Source: Podarcis cretensis
Taxonomy: Eukaryota
Length of the DNA: 64,000 nucleotides
NCBI GenBank assembly: GCA_951804945.1
Contig: OX638153.1
Coordinates: forward strand, 30,504,001 to 30,568,000
Direction of reading: 5' to 3'
The notes beneath the pieces are model-generated. The model ran no database searches. It had not been told where the DNA came from and saw only the letters and a program-made list of their open reading frames with translations. A program made the translations under genes and the position numbers. This document shows, piece after piece, positions 62,201-64,000 of this stretch. Position 1 is the first letter of the stretch, and the number at the start of each line of letters is the position of its first letter.

Positions 62201-63168
62201 GTGTAGGGAAAAGAATGAGGCTACATTTCCTGTTATGTACAGGATTCAGCCTGGTTTTGCCACCTGGAAAGAGGTGTTTGATTATCAGGCTCAGTACTTA
62301 ATTTCTGAACATAGATCCAAGAGCTCCCATCCTACCTACAAATATTCTCATAGCACACTGCAGCTGTTTGTGGGATGGGCTTTAATGGAGAGGATATATT
62401 AACTGCAATTTATCCCTCCAGGCACCCACGTGTGTGGGTTGAACAGAGTTTCAAAATCCCATCCTTGGCAGCAAAATTTATAAAGCATAGGAGTTAAGCT
62501 ATAAAACTTTGCTTTGAGCAAGTCCAGCTTTGAAGGAAGCCGGCTCACCCTTCCTTGCTCCACTTAACAATGAATCAGGCTACAACTTGGGAGGTAAGTT
62601 TAAAAATATGACTGATCATCTTGCATTGGTTCATAGCAGTGGTAACAATATAAAATATGTATGCAGGGGAAATAGGCATATTTACAGTGTAACTAGCTTC
62701 AGGCATCTGTCTGGGCTGGAGCAAGCAAAGGGGACATCTGCCCCCCTGGCTGGTTGAAGGAAGAGGGGAACAGGAAGTACTATATGCTCCTTCCTCTCCA
62801 GGAGAACGGGAAATGACATCACACAGAGCCCTCTCTACCAATTGTGATTTCTAAGGCCTGAGTAAGCAACACAGCTCTATGGTATAAGCCCCTATCTATG
62901 CAATTGGTTTGACCGCTTATCTCCCTTATACAAACTGCCCATATCTTAGAGAAAGCAGCACATATGCTGCTGCCCCCAGAAGGAGAAGCTCACCACTCTG
63001 TACGGCAGCCCGGAGAGCAGCGACATTGTGGTGGAAAGCGTCCCTCATGTCCACCAGAACGAAGGGGACTCCCCAACACTTGAGCTTGCGGGCAGCTTCA
63101 ATCCCGCCGAAGCCGCCCCCGACTATCACCACCTGCACCGACTTGTCCACAGAGATTTGTCCGCCCAT
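56113..63168 (-). CDS. AIFM2: Ferroptosis suppressor protein 1 / apoptosis-inducing factor 2 (373 aa, 8 coding exons)
   Basis: Exons of 175+116+120+93+109+153+201+155 = 1122 nt. Myristoylation motif MGGQIS, FAD motif GGGFGG, NAD(P)H motif [14 protein letters not shown] and KSRDLF. Confidence 0.97.
56582..56782 (-). CDS. AIFM2: AIFM2 coding exon 7
   Basis: [42 protein letters not shown]...YTP. Confidence 0.95.
57315..57467 (-). CDS. AIFM2: AIFM2 coding exon 6
   Basis: QKVENLQSL...[18 protein letters not shown]. Confidence 0.95.
58450..58558 (-). CDS. AIFM2: AIFM2 coding exon 5
   Basis: [36 protein letters not shown]. Confidence 0.94.
59578..59670 (-). CDS. AIFM2: AIFM2 coding exon 4
   Basis: [31 protein letters not shown]. 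Confidence 0.95.
60170..60289 (-). CDS. AIFM2: AIFM2 coding exon 3
   Basis: [21 protein letters not shown]...YEDMVHE; 89-nt upstream intron. Confidence 0.94.
60379..60494 (-). CDS. AIFM2: AIFM2 coding exon 2
   Basis: [38 protein letters not shown]. Confidence 0.95.
60770..61027 (+). mobile_element. Older CR1 LINE fragment
   Basis: Degenerate similarity to the CR1 3' region (aaacatcaggaagaattttctgacag, tttccttggaggtttt). Confidence 0.75.
61153..61508 (+). mobile_element. Full-length young Sauria SINE
   Basis: A/B-box head (ggttcgaatccc), intact CpGs, (accttt)n tail, and a perfect 13-bp TSD tttataccaccac (61140-61152 / 61509-61521). Confidence 0.92.
62994..63168 (-). CDS. AIFM2: AIFM2 coding exon 1 (exon acceptor at 63202)
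   Basis: [22 protein letters not shown]...[10 protein letters not shown]|gtgag. Confidence 0.95.
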
Positions 63169-63399
63169 CGCAAAGAGAGCAAAAGGTCTTCAGCCAAGGC
63201 AGCTAAAGAAAATGAGAAAAGAGGGGGAAATGCTGTGAAGAGTTCAGCTGAGGAACAGAGATCTACGTACTAATTGCACCGATTAGATTTTACTAACCCT
63301 AATTTTGCTAATTCTAATTAGATTACTTATTGGTACATGCTGTGCTGTAGTGTAGATACTTCATAAAGCATGGGATCCAGAAACCATTAGAAAGTCTCA

Positions 63400-64000
63400 G
63401 GACCGCCTGATCCCTAATACACCGGTTCAGTCCCCGGGATCATCCGCAGGAGGCGTGTCGCCGGCTGTCCCCGGAGCTGCCGAGGCTCGTTTGATAACTG
63501 CAGGGAACAGCCTCCGGCGTCACCAGCCGATTCCAACCGGGATTCAGCGAGCGCCTCTTATGCAAACTTTCAGCCGTTTGCTGAAAACGACTCTCTTGCT
63601 GCCAAGCTCATAAGGTAGGCAACTAACGGAAATGCTTGGTGCCTTCTTCCTTAAAACTGTTGTTATTATTATGGAAAGCTGCCTTGTTTTTGTTTGTTTG
63701 CTTTAATGAAACTGCGGCATGCTGCTAAAAAGCTGAGAAGCATATATCGGCCACTATCCTCCGTTGCTAACGGAGCAACGAAATGCCCCCTTCCAAAATA
63801 CTCGTAAACACTGCCTCGGTCCAAGTCAGGCCTCTCGCAAAACTGGACTCGTAGAAACAATCATTATCATTATTTCCAGTTATTTCCGCCCCACGAAGGG
63901 AAATCTCTGGAAGCTTTCCGCATTTCCACTTACCTGCAAAATGGAAAGTCTGCAAGCGAGCAGGAAAACCCTGCCGCTTCCGCCCTATTTATTTCCAGGG
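63400..64000 (-). promoter_or_regulatory. CpG-enriched 5' region of AIFM2; probable non-coding exon with its donor at 63934
   Basis: Rising CpG density; minus-strand cag|gtaagt at 63934/63933. Confidence 0.55.

Overview
This is eukaryotic (vertebrate) genomic DNA, almost certainly a squamate and probably a lacertid lizard, inferred from its Sauria SINE, BovB tail, CR1, L2, Penelope and Tc1/mariner MITE content. It carries the conserved COL13A1 - MACROH2A2 (H2AFY2) - AIFM2 (FSP1) block. The 3' half of COL13A1 lies on + (NC3, COL3 and NC4 exons from 2361 to a terminal exon that begins with the stop codon at 26889). A CpG-island promoter at about 37.9-39.6 kb precedes a complete 372-aa macroH2A2 gene on + (CDS 42342-53950). 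A complete 373-aa AIFM2 gene lies on - (CDS 63168-56113). Two features are not explained by these genes. First, minus-strand exon-like blocks in the COL13A1 introns (about 230-19324) have canonical splice signals and recurring peptide motifs, and look like a nested, partly decayed gene for a repeat-containing type I membrane protein. Second, an intronic element (about 20275-20442) is antisense-complementary to two tandem, probably mutually exclusive LDAPCPL exons of COL13A1, suggesting an RNA-structure splicing switch. Smaller observations include a Penelope-type minimal hammerhead ribozyme, inverted MITE pairs, a CR1 tail at a likely branch point and a candidate 8.6-kb 3' UTR. All coordinates were read by eye, human comparisons are from memory, and no database searches were run.
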